Position numbers and translations under genes: made by a program
The notes under the pieces: model-generated
Seen by the model: the letters and a program-made list of their open reading frames with translations, nothing else
Databases searched by the model: none
What the model was told of the DNA's origin: nothing
Source of the DNA: Octopus vulgaris
Taxonomy: Eukaryota
NCBI GenBank assembly: GCA_951406725.2
Contig: OX597819.1
Span: 36,270,001-36,334,000, forward strand
Direction: 5' to 3'
Length of the DNA stretch: 64,000 nucleotides
Shown: positions 26,395 through 40,565 of the stretch, in pieces
Layout of the letters: every line of letters begins with the position of its first letter
Numbering within the stretch: the first letter of the stretch is position 1

Positions 26395-26677
26395 AAGAAA
26401 AGGAGAGAAAGAGGGGTAGAGAAAAAGGGTGGGAAAGAAAGAGAGTCAGAGGAGAGATATCTTATAGCTTTATATCTCTATATGATTCACATACATGCAT
26501 ACATATTTGTGTGTGTATGTATGTATGTATGTATGTATGTATGTATGTATGTATGTATGTATGTATGTATGTATGTATATGTATAAATGAAAATAGAAAG
26601 CATCACAGGTATTTATGTTTATATAATGTACATGGGTTTCAGTAAACTGACTGTCATTGTTATGTAAACTGGTTGAG

Positions 26678-26990
26678 TGGAGGCACATGGCCTAGTAGTT
26701 AGAGCAGCAGACTTGCGATCAAGGGATTGCGGGTTCGAATTTCAGACCGGGCGATGTGTGTGTTTGTGAGCGAAACACCTAAGCTACACGCAGCTCCGGC
26801 AGAAGGTAATGGCGAAACTTCTGCTGATCCTTTCGCCACAACTTTCTCTCACTCTTTCCTCCTGCATCTTGCAGCTCACCTGCGACGGACCGGCGTCCCA
26901 TCCAGGTGGGGAACCTATACGCCAAGAAACTGGGAAACCGGCCCTTATGAGCCAGGCATGGCTCGAGAACGAACAAACAACAACAAAAAA
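26678..26990 (+). mobile_element. SINE family C
   Basis: Full-length copy with (AAC)n tail. Confidence 0.9.
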
Positions 26991-27435
26991 ACTGGTTGGT
27001 TCTAAGCCACTGAGGAAGTAATTTGGCTGTATTGTGTAGCATAATAAGGGCAAACCAGCTAATGTAATAATGGCAGTTGCTTCACTGAAGCACATCTAAA
27101 TTATATGAAGCATAAAATACCGGTTGCAGCATCTGTTCTCATTTTTCTCTTTGGTGATTTGGATTCAGCACACCAGCTTATCTGGAGTTATGATGGCTGT
27201 TGTCAAAGTACACCAAACACAAGAATGGAATGTGGGACATTTCTGGCATGCCTGAACCTTTTGGTAATGTGGCATACCTTCCAGCGCATCTTATAAATTA
27301 TATGTATGTGTGTGTGTGTCTTCGTGCATGTACACACCACGCAGAGATATAGACATACACACACATCTATGTATGTATGTATGTATGTATGTATGTATGT
27401 ATGTATGTATGTATGTATCTATCTATCTGTCTAAC

Positions 27436-27473
<38 letters not shown>

Positions 27474-27475
27474 TG

Positions 27476-27511
<36 letters not shown>

Positions 27512-27590
27512 AATATATATTATATATATATTTATATAAACACATTCACATCTTGTTCATCTTCAACATAATATTTAGTTCAGAGAGAGG

Positions 27591-27623
<33 letters not shown>

Positions 27624-27630
27624 GGGAGAA

Positions 27631-27692
<62 letters not shown>

Positions 27693-28529
27693 GAGAGAGA
27701 ACGAACCAAGAAACTAAATTAATTGCTTACAGTGATTTGTTGTATCAGGTTTGGTAGTCCAGATTTTTTCTTGTCCTTCTGGTACATCCAGCATGACTGA
27801 AATAGGGTATGCAATGTTACATGTGGATAGAAGTCTTCTGTGTCAGTAAAATATCAGGAACAATGCCAGGAAAATACCACATAAAACTTTCAACAACTTC
27901 AACCGGCTTATATGCTGTGAATGAAATATTAAAAAAAAAAAAAAACCCAACAACTACAACAACACTACTAGTAGTAATAATAATAATAATAACAACAACA
28001 ACAACAATAACAAAATGTACAAATATTTAGGACTATTCTAGACATGTTGGGACTTGGTTTGTATTCAAGATTGAGTTTCTGAAGAAATGGTTGATTTATT
28101 GCTTAACTGTAGCAGGGATCAGTAATAGCCATAGTAATAACAATGATTTCATTATGAATGATATCTTTTAAACACTAACCTCTCTCTCTCTCTCTCTGTG
28201 TTTCCTCCTCACTCTCTCTCCCTCTCTTATTCTTTTTTGTTTGTTTTTTTTATTTTACTTTGACACTCCCTTTTTGGTTTACATAATTTTCTTACTCCTA
28301 CTCATTCATACTTATACACAATCATGTGTTGACACATCAGTGCACTCCTATGCACGTGAGCTTACAGACGTATACACACATATATGCAAGTGCACACACG
28401 CACACACACACATTCGCACATGCACACACACACACACACATAGATACATATAGACAAATAAACAAACACTCATAGATACAAACAACAACATGACATGCAT
28501 ATGTCAAACCCCCAACGCACACACACACA

Positions 28530-28820
28530 AGCATATACATACACATGGATATACATACATACATACATACATGCATACATACATACATACATACATATGT
28601 GCATACATACATACATACATACATGCATACATACATACATACATACATACATACATACATACATACATACATACATACATACATACATACATACATACAT
28701 ACATGCATACATACATACATATGTGCATACATACATACATACATACATACATACATACATACATACATAACATACATACGTGCATACATACATACACACA
28801 TACATACATACATACATACA

Positions 28821-28851
<31 letters not shown>

Positions 28852-28881
28852 GTGCATACATACATACATACGCACACATAT
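28530..28881. repeat. (TACA)n microsatellite
   Basis: Seen directly. Confidence 0.98.
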
Positions 28882-29207
28882 AAACAGACACACTCTCCCA
28901 TTCTCTACATCCTTGATAGTAACATGGTTACCACAATTGATAACATTTCCGAGGAAAGGTTAACAATCATTAATTTAGATTAAGTGTATTATCATTGAAA
29001 ATAAATGAGATGGGAATATACAGGTAAATATATCCTTTATCGAGGCTGGAGAGTAAACAGCCAGGACTACTTACCTTCATGGTGGTCAACTATCTAACCT
29101 CCTAGTAAACATCAGAGTGAATAAATAAAAAAATAAAACACTGAGTAAATACAAGGACATTGCAGGAAATACTATTGTAAATGTCTCATCGAACACTACA
29201 TTTCTGA

Positions 29208-29545
29208 GACCCCACTTCGGTCACGACACAGACCATGGGATTGCACCTAGAAAGTTACCCTCCCAGGCACAAGTCCGGGCAAGGTTATTTTATGGAAGAC
29301 CGGCAGTCACCCATGCATACTGGCCTCCCCACTCCACGCCACCAGTGTTATCCAAGGGAAAGGCAAAGGGGCCGATACAGTCTGGCACCTGTGACGTTGC
29401 AACTCATTTCTACAGCTGAGTGGACTAGAGCAACGTGAAATAAAGTGTCTTGCTCAAGAACACAACACGCAGCCTGGTCCAGGATTCGAGCTCACGACCT
29501 CACGATCGTAAGCTCGACGCTCTAACCACTGAGCCATGTGCCTTC
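29208..29545 (-). mobile_element. tRNA-derived SINE family D
   Basis: Head gaaggcacatggctcagtggttagagcg, then cttgagcaagacactttatttcac; second copy at 56468-56790 (+). Confidence 0.85.
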
Positions 29546-29900
29546 ATGAACACTACATTTAATGTCACAGTAAACACTATAACTAACATCACAGCAGGCC
29601 TGTTGCCAGACTTTGGTGCCTGGGTCTGCTTCAGAATATTGTGGGTGGGCACTACTATGTTAAAATGCTATGTTAAAATACTATGTTAAAAGTGGAATCA
29701 CCAAAGTGGAGTAAATTTGAGGGTGTACCATTGAATAGTGAGAGGGCAGTGCCATCTAGAGCATGCATCATAGTATAATAAGTTCTATAGTAAACATTGA
29801 TAGAAACAATACAGTAAACACTATAATAAACAGTACAAGTAATACTATAACAAACACTATAATAAATGCAGCATAAGCCCTGTGACAAAGTCCACAGTAA

Positions 29901-30362
29901 ACACAATAGATAAACAATGTTATCAACACTGTTTCAGTAAACACGGGTGTAAACATGATATCAAACACCACAGTGAACACAATAGATAAACAATGCTATC
30001 AACACTGTTTCAGTAAACACCAGTGTAAACATGATATCAAATACCACAGTGAACACAATAGATAAACAATGCTATCAACACTGTTTCAGTAAACACCAGT
30101 GTAAACATGATATCAAACACCACAGTGAACACAATAGATAAACAATGCTATCAACACTGTTTCAGTAAACACCAGTGTAAACATGATATCAAACACCACA
30201 GTGAACACAATAGATAAACAATGCTATCAACACTGTTTCAGTAAACACCAGTGTAAACATGATATCAAATACCACAGTGAACACAATAGATAAACAATGC
30301 TATCAACACTGTTTCAGTAAACACCAGTGTAAACATGATATCAAACACCACAGTGAACACAA
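29901..30362. repeat. 76-bp tandem repeat, ~6 copies
   Basis: acacaatagataaac starts at 29901, 29977, 30053 and so on. Confidence 0.95.
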
Positions 30363-31263
30363 CAATAAATTTGACAAGCACAACAATTACAATAAATATA
30401 ACAGTAAATGCTACATTTAATATTATGCTAGCTACTACAAATGCTAATGTGCCTAGGAGTGTTATTTTCAGCTCTTTACAGTCCGAGTTTAATCCTGAAG
30501 TGGTCAAATTTGCCTTCCATCTTTTCAGTATTGTTAAAATAAAGTATGAGGGAAGTACTAGGAATGATGTAATTGACTTTCCTATCACTTCATATTTGCT
30601 GGCCTTGTGCCAAAATTGAAAAGAATTATTATTGTTATTGGGGTGATGCATAGCAGCAAACTGGCTGAATCATTAAGATACTGGACAAAGTGTTTAGTGG
30701 CATTTCTTCTTGCTTTAAGTTCTGAGTTTAAATTCCGTTGAGGTCAACTTTGCTTCTCATCCTTTCGCGATTGATAATATCAAGTACCAGTCAAGTAATG
30801 GAGTTAATGTTATTGACGAGCCCCTCCCCACAAAATTCCAGACCTTGTGCATATAGTAGAATCCTTAGTGTGGTACATTGGTAGAATCATGAAATTGTCA
30901 ACAAAATATCGTATATTACTTGCTCTGCTTCTTTATGTTCTGAGTTCTAATCCAGCTGCATCAATTTTGCCTATCGTCTTTCAGGCTCAATAAAATAAAC
31001 TACCGGTCAAGTACTGGGATAGATGGCATTGTACCTAAATCTGAAGCATTAGTTTCAAAGTTTTGCACAAGCCCAATAATTTCAATGGTGGGGTAAGTTG
31101 ATTGCATCAATCCCTGTGCTCAACTGGTACTTATTTTATTAGCCCCAAAAGGATAAAAGGCAAAGTCATCCTTGGTGGAATTTGAACTGAAAATGTAGGC
31201 CACTAGTCATTTTACCTGGTGTGTGAACGATTCTGCCAGATGGCTGCCTTTGAAGCAATTATA

Positions 31264-31296
<33 letters not shown>

Positions 31297-31846
31297 GAGT
31301 GAGAGAGCAGTGCATGCCATCAAAGTGACACTGGGGTAAAATATATGAAGCCCAGTATACTCATCATAACTACCCGTCTGATAAGGGTACACTAGGTACA
31401 TGCATCACAACCATATGTGCATGACATAGGGATCTCATATCGAGATAAACAGTACATGACCTTGCAGGTGGGGCCCAGTCAGAATTTTCTTCTAGTTGAG
31501 TAACCCATCCCACTCAAAAGGTCCCTGGATAAGGGTTGTTTAAGGATGTTGAACAAAACACCCATGTTTCCAGAGGTGAACTATTCAAACCCCAAAGAAT
31601 TCCTCTCAACACATGGCTATGATGCTCCTCCACTACTTCTGCTCGTAATCAGAGATGCACATATCATCAGCCACTAAGGGACATGGTCAACTGGTTACGG
31701 TCAAACAACTGACAAGCAAATCTGTGGTATCGAGCAGAATATTTGCTGTAGCCCATCTTTTATACCAAGACAAAACAATGTACCTGATAACACTTCCAAT
31801 CAATTAAGATCAGAAGCCATCAAGAGCCACTGCCTGGTACTGCATC
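31297..31846 (-). mobile_element. Non-coding element inserted in (TAA)n, possibly the 3' UTR of a microsatellite-targeting LINE
   Basis: Complex sequence bounded on both sides by (TTA)n. Confidence 0.5.
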
Positions 31847-34250
31847 TATTATTATTATTATTATTTTTTTTTTTTTTTTTTTTTTTTGCATTACTGAAAT
31901 TTTAAAAAATTTCACATCTATTGCAATCTTTAAAAATAATGTTTGTTTAATGCATCAATATATATTTACTTAACTGTAGTTAGATGGCATAGATGAGTAG
32001 TTTAGGAGTTTGCTTTGCAGCCAGGTTCAGTCCTACTCTGTGGCAAGTTTTATTACAGCCTCAAGCTGGCAAATGCCTTGTGAAAAGACAGAAATTATAT
32101 GAAACCTCAATAAGACTTCTGTCCACCCTATAGATGTTAAATGATTGAACAAATTTAAGCCTCATATGCTAAAGGTATTTCTTTTTTTTGTCAGAATATA
32201 GATGTTCAACATCAGTACAAGGCCAGGTGTTTTTGCAAGAAGTTTAATAAGACAATCTAGAATATGACCTCTACTTGTTTTCTTGCATCCCCACTATTGA
32301 AGGATGCAAGCTAAAGCTTGCCTCTGGAAAGATTTGAAATGATAATGTTAAAGATCATATCTAAATACCAGGTTCAAATAATGTTAGCAGCAGTTTGGGG
32401 TAGTAAACATGGTATCATAAGCTTCAACCACCACTGCAACTACTACAACACACCAACCACCACTACTATCATCATCCTCATCATCATCATCATCATCACT
32501 GTCATCATTGTTCTTATCATCACCGTTATCATCATCATCATCATCATCATCAGAGTCACTATTATCATTGTCATCAACTGGGAGAAATAATGTTTGTATT
32601 TCCTTAGAATTTGTCCTTGATTCTGTTGGGGTTTTTTTCTATCATAGAATAGTTTAAACCAAAAAATTTCCTTTTTATACAGCAGGATATTCTTCCTAAC
32701 CTTCCTAACTATTTCTGATGTAAACTAAAATCAAAACTCCTTTCCAGTCAACCTAAAGCAGATATTACTGTGATGGCAGTGACAGCGACGTACTAACAAT
32801 CTGCCCTAAATGATGGTAACTGGTTTCATGGGGATTGTCATGAGTTTGAACCCTGAAACATTATTTACAAACAAACCTTGCTCCTTTGTTATTTGAGGTT
32901 TTTAAAAAGGGGCAGAAGATACATCACAGTCTCTCTTCTTCTGTTGCTTCTCTCTAAAAATGTCCACAATGTATGAATCCAGATTTCACAAATTGTTATG
33001 TTCATAATGGCATTATCTTGAGTTGCAATTGATGACAATACCTCCAAGCATCAGATCACAGGAAAACCAGCCAGACCTCACCGTTATAACCATGTGCAAG
33101 CTCTCCCAATCACTTCTTGCCAGCAAGGACTACTACACTGCGACTCCTCCCAGCACATGACTTGACCTCTCTGCAGACCCTGTAAGAAAAAGGCATCTTC
33201 AACTTGTCACTTCTTGATGTGACATCATGTCATCCCCTTTTGTGATGTCACTCCCTCTCCTTTCTGGTCACTCATCTTTCCTCCACAGCACACAGTACAC
33301 AATACAGTAGGTATTTGTCAGATTTTAACTCAAAACTATAAGATTGATAATTTTTTAGTGAACAAGGCTATTTACTGGATCTGTGTTTTTAACAATCATC
33401 CCAAAGCTTGTGAACTGGAACAATACAGTATCAGTGCCATAGCACCATAGTCCAATAGTGCATAGTCCCACTGTGCCATACTACTGCTGTACTATAAGTT
33501 CATAGTTCCACTGTACCATTGTATCACTGAATTTCAGTTTCATTGCCAAACTTCCTGTGAGTCAAAACTTGTAAAGAATTTTCAATTATTCCTTGAAGTT
33601 AAGTGCCATCACTGAAGTCCTTACTGTGGTGTATGCGAGAGATTTGAAATAAAGGCACCTACCTTCTCTTCACTCAGATGGAGACCCTTCAGCGGTAATG
33701 GATCCTTCAACACAGCCCGACCCAAACGCTAGAAATAGCAGCTGCTTCTCCCAACCTTAAGAACGTGCTGACCCGACTTCCTCGCTCGGTGACCGCTATC
33801 CAAAGTCCGAATGCCACCCTACCTGCACACGCGTCACTGCTGCTCCTTCTGGTCAGCCCCAAGTTCCGGTCAGCTTCCCAGCTGCTGATGTCATCCCACA
33901 CTTACTTCCCCTGAAAAGGGAATGAATGCCTAACAGGAGCCATTTCTCTTCCCTAAAATGTGTCACATTGTCTTTAGTTTAGCTTAGTAATTCACTACCA
34001 GCAGGAACAAAATAAAGGGACAGCACACATATCAGATGCACACTTGTGATGATATCAAACTTCTTATTGTTCCCATATTTGTTCTGCCCCAGAAACATAT
34101 CCTTTTCTGTATAAATTCCCTGTGCATACTGTCAAAGATCTTTTTGAAGTTGCTGAAGTTGGACAACTTCATCAACTTCAAGAAGTTAGAACTCATGCTT
34201 CAGCTTAATGATGCTGCGTAACATGATAACTTATATACTGTATCACTTAC

Positions 34251-34284
34251 CTCCTTTCAATTCCACCTGTTTCTCCTTTAGCAT
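34251..34284 (-). CDS. RGS22: RGS22/RGSL1-like gene, probable first coding exon (MLKEKQVELKG)
   Basis: Minus strand reads ctcacttag|AT ATG CTA AAG GAG AAA CAG GTG GAA TTG AAA GGA G|gtaagt. The donor is strong and the phase-1 end fits the next exon. The assignment rests on phase and splice quality only. Confidence 0.55.
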
Positions 34285-35923
34285 ATCTAAGTGAGTACAA
34301 AAGATATTATCAACCTGTGTAAAGTTTGTGCTTTACAGTTATACTACAGTATGTGCAAGTGAATTATTAACTTAGTTTATATTGCTACTTGTAACTATTT
34401 CACTTCATTTAAAGAACCATGAGTGTTACGCAACATCATTTCAGTTGTCTTTATAAATACCAGACTCTGTAAATAATATATCATGAAACTCGCCTGAAAT
34501 TAATTATACAAAGCAGAAACTATAAACATGTATACACCAATCTTTAAAAATGCGTTAAAATTTATTGATTTTACCCTCATTAAATGGTTGATGTAGAGCA
34601 GATGGTTTTGGTAGTGAATGTGTTAAGCTTTCATGTTTACTAACCACGCAATACATGGGACGAGATTTGTATATAATAGAAAACATTCCATACAGTTAAA
34701 GAACCATTACATCTTTGGCTACTTGTCAGAAGCAGGAAACATATACAATTGCAGGCAGGATGTTGGAAAAGATTGGCTCAAACTAAATTTCAATTTGGGT
34801 GATTTTACATTGTCAACAGAGCAAAGACTACACCATAAAGATTGATCTCCCTTCTGGGATTAGCAAATATTTCATCTCACAACAGTTACCAACCTTTTAC
34901 AAAGCTTAAGTGATACTTACAATGAGGTACTGCTCTCACACTTGGGAAGGTATGACTGCAGCTATACATTCAGATATCTTTGACTAGTTAAAAAGGGGCC
35001 ACTTACTTAATTCCCATGAAGTCAGTACCCAACACACTCCAACATCTGCTTCACAAACATAATGTTTCCTTTCTCAGTCATTTTTACTGCTACTACAGGG
35101 CTAGGTTGACTATGCCTTTCATTCGTTTTGGGGTTGATAAATTAAGTACCAGTTGTGTACTGGAGTTGATGTAATCAACTGCCCCCCCCCCCCACTCCCC
35201 AAAAATGTGCACAGAGTAGAAAAGATTCTTGATTCACTTTCTCTCTTCCTCTTGTCATTTATACTGTGCCCATTTGATTCCATCTCAGGCCCTTCATTAT
35301 GCATTAGCTTCAATCCTTTTATGCAGAATGTTGATCCCACTGGATGTCCTTCTCTGACCTTGTTTTTCTTATGACCACCAGCTTGTTCAATAGAGAAATT
35401 AAATGTGTTGAACTTACCAGCTCTAGGGGGTCTGGAAAGACCACGAATACAGCTCCTCCTTGACCAAACCATTAAGAGAAGAACCAGTAGTACTGCATTT
35501 AATATCCCAAGTTTCTGTCACCGATGCCTTAAATATTACACTGCTGGTACACAAAATATTACCCACTAATACATAAAAAAATTACGCACAAGTACTTTAA
35601 ATATTACCCATAATAAAGCAAATGTTACCCACAATACCTCAAATAGTACCCATCTGGCAGTTCAAGTATTAACCATAATACCTTAAATAGTAGCCATAAA
35701 CCCTAAATCTTACCCACCAATACCTCAAATACTACCCACAATACCTTAGATATTACCTACAAAACCTAGAATATTACCCACAATACTTAAAATATAACCT
35801 AAAGTACTTCAACTATAATCTACAATAGCTCAAATATCACCAGTCAATATCTCAAACATTTCCCACTGACAACTATGTATTAGTTATTATTATTAGTTAT
35901 AAACTAAGTATTTGTATATTGTG

Positions 35924-36160
35924 AAGGCACAACGCCTAGTGGTTAGGCTATTGCAATCATGATAGCTAGATCACGGGTTCGATTCCCTTACTGGGTAGCA
36001 CATTGTGTTTTTGAGCAAAACACTTCATTTCATATTGCTCCAGTGCCCCTTTTGATCAGTGGGGAATGTTGGCCTGCTTGCTTAGCCAATGGAGCGGATC
36101 ATTTGAAGGCTATAACAGTGCCAAAGCGCATTGTAACCAACGATGTATAACACCATCTGA
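35924..36160 (+). mobile_element. tRNA-headed SINE whose 3' half is the structured ~120-nt module
   Basis: tRNA-like head, then ttggcctgcttgcttagcc...gaaggcta...aagcgcattg, shared with 22660-22779 and 44310-44429. Confidence 0.7.
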
Positions 36161-36390
36161 TGAGCTGGCAGAAATTTTAGCACGCTGGGCAAACTGGGTA
36201 ACTGTATTTCGTCTGCCGCTACGTTCTGAGTTCAAATTCCGCAAAGGTCGACTTTGCCTTTCATCCTTTCGGGGTTGATAAATTATGTACCAACTACACA
36301 CTGGAGTCGATATAATCAACTTAATACCTTTGTCTGTCCTTGTTTGTCTCCTCTGTGTTTAGCCCCTTGTGGGTAGTAAAGAAATAGATA
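36160..36390 (+). mobile_element. SINE family A
   Basis: Matches the other copies. Confidence 0.9.
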
Positions 36391-36760
36391 GTCTGGTTGA
36401 TGATGTGATCACAAGAAGTAAGTATTACCTTCAAATATTACCCATCAACACTGCATATATTATCTGCAACATCTCAAATATCTGAAATACCTAAAATATA
36501 ACATCCAACACCTCACATATTACCCACAATATCTCAAACATTACCCACAGTAACTCAAATATAACCCCACCAATACTTCAAATATTACCTACTGATACCT
36601 CAAAATTACCCTACCCACCTAGCAGTAACTTTTGCATAACAAGAAATGAATGTAAGAATTGATTTTTCATGAATGACGTTGCTGTAATTATTTAGTGACT
36701 TGAGTATTTTATTTTCTCCTATCATCCTTTTGTGTGTGTGTGTGTGTGTGTGTGCGTGTA

Positions 36761-36803
<43 letters not shown>

Positions 36804-36842
36804 ATGCACACACATATATATATATATGTGTGTCTATGTATG

Positions 36843-36876
<34 letters not shown>

Positions 36877-36995
36877 TGTATGTATGTATGTATATGTATG
36901 TATATATACACACACATATATATACACATACACACACACACACATATGTATATATATACATATATATATACATGCATGTATGTATATGTATGTAT

Positions 36996-37027
<32 letters not shown>

Positions 37028-37659
37028 CCTCTTCATCTTCATTTAGCATCTGCTTCCCATGCTGGCATGGGTATATGTGAGTGTGTGTGTACACATATAT
37101 ATATATATATACACACACAGACACACGCATAAAAACACACACACATATATATAGATGTGCATTGAATATTCAGCATACAGAAATAAAAATCAATGCCTAG
37201 GTGTTCTCCACCTCTAATATATTTCATGAAGATGGCATATGGTGTGTCATTTGGAAAAAAAGGAAGAGAGGTAAGAGAGAGAAAAGGAGAGAGAGAGAGA
37301 GAAAGAGAAAGAGAGAGAAAGAGAAGGAGAGAGAAAGTAATAAAACAACTAAATAAAACAACAGAGGAAACTTCTTCTGGCAACCATTGAAATGAATTAA
37401 ACAATGGTGTGAAGCAAAGTAACGAATAGCCATTAACTATTCATCATGACATCGGATCTCACTGTTTGTTGATTGTGGTTGTCGTGAGTTACATGCACCT
37501 AACTGTTCATGTCAACATAACACAGCCGTGATTAAACTCCAAATTCTCATGGATAATTTCCTATTCTTTTACAAGGATTCAATTAATGGGAACAAATGGG
37601 GACTGTGGACATATTGGAAGCACAGCCTTCAAGGGGTACTTATCTATTTTAAAGTGAGT

Positions 37660-38052
37660 GGCGCAGGAGTGGCTGTGTGGTAGGTAGCTTGTTTACCAAC
37701 CACATGGTTCCGGGTTCAGTCCCACTGCGTGGCACCTTGGGCAAGTGTCTTCTACTATAGCCACGGGCTGACCAAAGCCTTGTGAGTGGATTTGGTAGAC
37801 GGAAACTGAAAGAAGCCCGTCGTATATATGTATATATATATATGCGTGTGTATGTTTGTGTGTCTGTGTTGGTCCCCCTAGCATTGCTTGACAACCAATG
37901 CTGGTGTGTTTATGTCCCCGTAACTTAGCAGTTTGGCAAAAGAGACCGATAGAATAAGTACTGGGCTTACAAAAGAATAAGTCCTGGGGGTCAAGTTGCT
38001 CGATTAAAGGTGGTGCTCCAGCATGGCCGCAGTCAAATGACTGAAACAAGTA
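37660..38052 (+). mobile_element. SINE family B
   Basis: Full-length copy abutting a truncated TTAGGG-bearing MITE. Confidence 0.9.
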
Positions 38053-38550
38053 AATTAGGATTAGGGGTGGGGGGAAGGGTATCTTTTTTTCTTTACATGT
38101 AAATAAACCCAATCTGTTTCTTAAACAAGGGACATATTCATACGGCACAGAATGTCTTTTAGCTCAATAGACGTCAGTGATTGGTTGAAAGTACAGAAAT
38201 TGAAGAAAAAAACAACAAATATCTTACAAACTATAAAATTTCTCAATAAAGCCAAGAGAAAAAGATGTTTTATAAACACATTCTACCAGTATACAAAGTT
38301 TAAGATTTTTTAGTTACCTAGAAATTATGTTAAAAACTGCCATTCAAACCGAAAAGATCCTTTCATTCAGAGCATTAAATTATGTTTTTTAAAGACATGG
38401 CTGTGTGGTTAAGAAGTTCACTTTGCAAACTCATAGTTTCAGGTTCAATCCCATAGCATGACACCTTAGGCAAGTGTCTTCTACTATAGCCCTGCACTGA
38501 ACAATTCCTTGAGTGAATTTCATAGATGAAACTGTGTGGTAGCTTATTGT

Positions 38551-38667
<117 letters not shown>

Positions 38668-38734
38668 CACCGGTTTGTCAGTAAATTATAAATCTGAAAG
38701 AGAAGCACACAGTAAGTTATAGAGCAGTAGAGTA

Positions 38735-38873
38735 ATTAGATAAAGATAGTTATGGTTGGTGTATGGGATTATCCATAAAGTGCTTCGCTTTACATGTCCA
38801 TAAAGCTAAGCACTTTTATGGCCATGAAACCCAGGGTAACCTCATAGACCGGCCATAACTATCTTTATCTAAT
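38735..38873. mobile_element. Short hairpin MITE-like element
   Basis: attagataaagatagttatgg / ccataactatctttatctaat plus the inner arm ccataaagtgctt / aagcacttttatgg. Confidence 0.65.
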
Positions 38874-39673
38874 CAATATATATATATATATATGTATGCA
38901 TCTATGTATGTATGTGTATGTCTTAAATGTCTTATGGATGTATCATGCACAGGGACATAGAAATGATCGGACTGAATACCCGATCGCACGGTTAAACCAT
39001 TGGGAGTGAAGGACTCCCAGCCTTTGTTAGGGCATCCTTCTAGGAGAAGGTAACTCAGGTAACTGGGATAACTCCGACATAAAACCTGCGGCTCAGTGGT
39101 TACCGATGATGTTGACTTGTTCTTCTTTTCGGATTATGGCTGCTGTTGCTTAGTGAGTGAGATTGACTCAGTGCACAGCCTTTCCTCACTTTAAAAAAAA
39201 TCTTCTTGCACAGGCATTGCACAATAACAACATTGATTAACCTTCGTGCAATGGCCATACTCGATAATGAGGGGGCAGCCACTATGTGTATGTATATATA
39301 TACATGTGTCTTTGTGTTTGTCCCACCCTACCTACTAAGCTGCTTGACAACCTTGTAATTCAGTTCATGAAAAGAGGCTAATAGAATAATTACCAGTCTT
39401 ACAAATAAGTAGTGAGGGTCATACGTTTGACTAAACCCTTCAAGGCAGTGCTCTAGCATGACCACAATCCAATGACTGAAAGAAGTAAAAGATTAAAAAT
39501 GAAGATATGCAACTTGACATCTCAGAGCTACACTAGTAAACATAAACATGGACATACACATGCACATAGGATACACACACATACACATACACACACATAC
39601 ACATACACACACATGTATGCATACATACATACATACATACATACATACATACATACATACACACACACATATA

Positions 39674-40518
39674 TCGGGTCATCCCATAAATAATGCATTT
39701 TTTTTCAATTGCATGAACTAAAAGTCAGTAGGGGACGGGATAAACTACATGCATCAAATTGCTATAAAAGCAGGTACCAATTTTACCTTGTGCTTATTCA
39801 TAGTGTAAGTTTCAAAGAGTGCAGTTCGATTTTAACAGTTTTTTTTATCAAAGCTATAATGGAAGTGACAAAAGAGCATATTTGGCATATTTTGCTTTAT
39901 GAGTTCAATAAAGGCAATGATGCAGTATATGAGGATCAGACAATAAGCGTAAGCCAGTGTCAATGGTGATTCCAGAAATTCCAAGCTGGAAACTACAGCC
40001 TAAAAGATGAACCTCATCCTAGAATATCTGTAGAGCTCAACAAGGATGTTTTGGAAACCCTGGTGGAACAAAATCTCATTATAAATGTTGAGGAAGAAGC
40101 AGAGAAGCTTCGATTTGGTCAGTCAACCATTCATCGATACCAGTGTGCCTTCAGAAAATGACCATCTTTGGTTTCAAGATGAATGGTGTTCTTGGCCACA
40201 TACAGCGACTGGAACAGTTTGAATGGGAAATGATGCCCCCACCCACCATATTCGCTGAACACTGCTCCATCTGATTATCATTTATTCCGCAGTCTTCAAA
40301 ACCATTTGGATGGAAGAAATGTTAATTCTGTAGATGAAGTCAGAACAGAACTGGAGGAGTATATTTCATCACAGACAAGTGAATTTTGGAAGAGAGGTCT
40401 TGCAAGTCTGACAGATAGATGGAAAAGGAGAGTATATTTCAGATTAAAAAAGAACTTTGTTTATCTTAATTTTGAAAAATAAAAGTAGAAAAAAGCGCAT
40501 TATTTGTGGGATGACCCA

Positions 40519-40519
<1 letters not shown>
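39674..40519 (+). mobile_element. mariner (DD34D) element, internally deleted
   Basis: TIRs tcgggtcatcccataaataatgc / gcattatttgtgggatgacccaa with TA flanks; HILLYEF and HPPYS...APSDYHLFRSL. Confidence 0.9.

Positions 40520-40562
<43 letters not shown>

Positions 40563-40565
<3 letters not shown>

Larger units (their letters stand above)
35530..36615. repeat. Degenerate ~21-bp minisatellite (aaatattacccacaatacctc), split by two SINEs
   Basis: Units at 35530-35870 and 36420-36615. Confidence 0.8.

Noticed and set aside
20057-28983. Long HTYI/MYVC-type ORFs up to 231 aa
   Set aside because: They are translations of (TACA)n, (CA)n and (TA)n microsatellites.
29075-29080. ccacc-ATG-AAG|gtaagt on the minus strand as first exon
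   Set aside because: Phase 0 does not fit the phase-1 exon at 14863. It could only join the 5716 exon, and there is no other support.
33000-33960. GC-richer coding-like block
   Set aside because: No recognisable protein or consistent splice frame. Possibly an LTR-element remnant, but I cannot support a call.
35119-35472. 117-aa minus-strand ORF
   Set aside because: It runs into a SINE fragment and has no recognisable homology or clear exon boundaries.
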